A stretch of DNA of 64,000 bases from Podarcis muralis (Eukaryota), in contig NC_135658.1 of NCBI RefSeq assembly GCF_964188315.1, forward strand, positions 63,426,001-63,490,000. Reading direction: 5' to 3'. This document shows, in pieces, positions 62,336 to 64,000 of this stretch. The stretch's first letter is position 1. The number at the start of each line of letters is the position of its first letter. Made by a program: the position numbers and the translations under genes. The notes below the pieces were generated by a model. The model was not told the DNA's origin, searched no databases, and worked only from the letters and a program-made list of their open reading frames with translations.

Positions 62336-64000
62336 TGGTCATAGAGAAATGAGTATTTTTGGAAGAAACTGATTTCCCTCTGAATTATGGTGTTTTCTAC
62401 TATCTGTCCCTCAGACCAAGCCCTCTAACACGTTTTGTGTGTGTGTGTTTTTTAAAAAGCTTACATTTATTTAGGGCCACCATGAGAAATACACTAAATA
62501 GACAGATATTTCCAGAAGAAAAAGCATCTAATTGTTTCCCATGGAAAAATCAACTGATCTTGGGTTCCAAGAAAGAAAAATAGAAATAAGCCAACTGTCA
62601 AAACAAGAACTGATAAATACCCTCTGGCTTTTCAAAATTCAGTGCATTTTATAAAAAAAAATCTGCTTGGTGGGAATCAAACAATTATTCACCATGAGAG
62701 GATCACTGCTGGTGAGGAAGAGACCAAGTAGCATAGGGAATAAATTAGTTCCTGATTTTGAAAGCTCTCCTGAACTTGTGTGTGTCACAACTCTGTGCTT
62801 TGACTGACACTCACACCATGAGTCCCCAGAGAAGTATTCAGCCTGGAGGCTGGACCACCAAACACACTTTTTATAATGAGGCATACTAGAAACCTGGGAC
62901 ACACACATGGCTCATTAGCTTCCTGCTACTCCAGAGTGTATTGTGCTTCACTGAGACACATCGCTTTGTTTATGTAGCTTACGAGCAGACACTCTGTTGC
63001 AGCCAGGAGTGCAGTTCACCCCAGTTGTGAATTCTAAGAGAATAATTAAGGAGCATTGGAAAAATCAGTGAAACATTTGAGAAAGTAGAGTCTGGATAAA
63101 ACAGATCTCAGCTACCAGATATAGGTCTTTCAGGCCATTTCTTTGCACGCTGTTTGCAAAGCCTACTGCCAATTGAGCTCCATCAGTTCTGTCCCATTAC
63201 AAACAGAAGAAGAGAGTATTTTCTTTCTGAGCTTTGGCTAAGAAATTTATTTATTGCCATATTTCTGTCCTGCACTCCCAGGTCCCAATAACTGAACCTT
63301 CAACTGACCAAAAAGGTGGAATGAAAGCAAAGCATAATAAGAAAGTACAATGGTAGCACACCCACACAGCCAAAATACCTATTGGCAAGAATGGGAGCAT
63401 AAAATTCAAGTATAGATAAAAATGCACATACTGTGCAATTCAGAAACTAGCCACAGAACCTGGACCAACCAAATGCCTATTGCAAATGAGAAGTTTCGCA
63501 ACAACCTCTCTGAAAATTCAGGATGTAACCATTTTTGCATGTCCTCAGGCAGAATGTTCCAAAACTTAGGAAATACCATGCACACATCACTATTTCAGCA
63601 TTTCTCTACATGTGCACCAGAAAAACCTTGCATGTGCAATTGTATGTTTAGCAAGGAGGACCTAGAATAATGAAAACTTAAAGACTTTAGAATGCAGCCA
63701 TAAATCAACTCTTAGCATGAGCACATATTCACAGAAAACAACCCCCCCCCCCAAAAAAAAAACCCCAGCTGTACATGGAAATATTATAATCTTAATTTTA
63801 ATGCAGCTTGGTTTGAGGCTGTGCTGTAAATTTATTTGTAGGGTGCCTTTGCACTCGGTTGCAGTCTCTGATCTAAAGGAAATTGCATACTGTTCATTGC
63901 AAAATTTATCATAGCACCAACAGCAGCAATTGCAGATCTTGTGAATGAAAATTTAGCAGTAAATGAAGAGTGATTCTCAGCGATGACACACATTTCAAAT

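Noticed and set aside
63832-63999. Minus-strand open frame entering from the window end (FEMCVIAENH...KAPYK*)
   Set aside because: 55 codons with no recognisable motif; cannot be assessed without adjacent sequence.
53681-64000. KMO exon 1, expected head-to-head with FH from mammalian synteny
   Set aside because: No K(K/Q)VA(V/I)IGGGL-like exon found; it may lie beyond the window, so absence is uninformative.

Overview
Vertebrate (squamate, most likely lacertid lizard) genomic DNA, AT-rich and dominated by transposable elements. The taxon is inferred from the co-occurrence of Sauria SINEs, tRNA-headed SINEs resembling Squam2/Squam3, Bov-B, and young CR1 and L2 LINEs. The only recognisable host coding sequence is a minus-strand first exon (53206-53319) inside a CpG island. 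It matches fumarate hydratase (FH) exon 1: MYRSLRSLQRLS...RM followed by a GTGAGC donor. It carries an in-frame TAG in the mitochondrial presequence, and I could not find FH exons 2-10 anywhere in the 53 kb downstream, so it may be an orphan, pseudogenised or re-purposed FH 5' end, or an assembly artefact. The two long ORFs are retrotransposon proteins: an uninterrupted 994-aa L2-clade endonuclease/RT and a 5'-truncated Bov-B RT with an 11-bp TSD. Also present: solo LTRs, hAT-like and Tc1/mariner-like MITEs, nested insertions, an internally deleted CR1, a rearranged L1 fragment, microsatellites and a 200-N gap. No CRISPR, rRNA or bona fide tRNA gene was seen. TE family names come from motif recall, not database searches.
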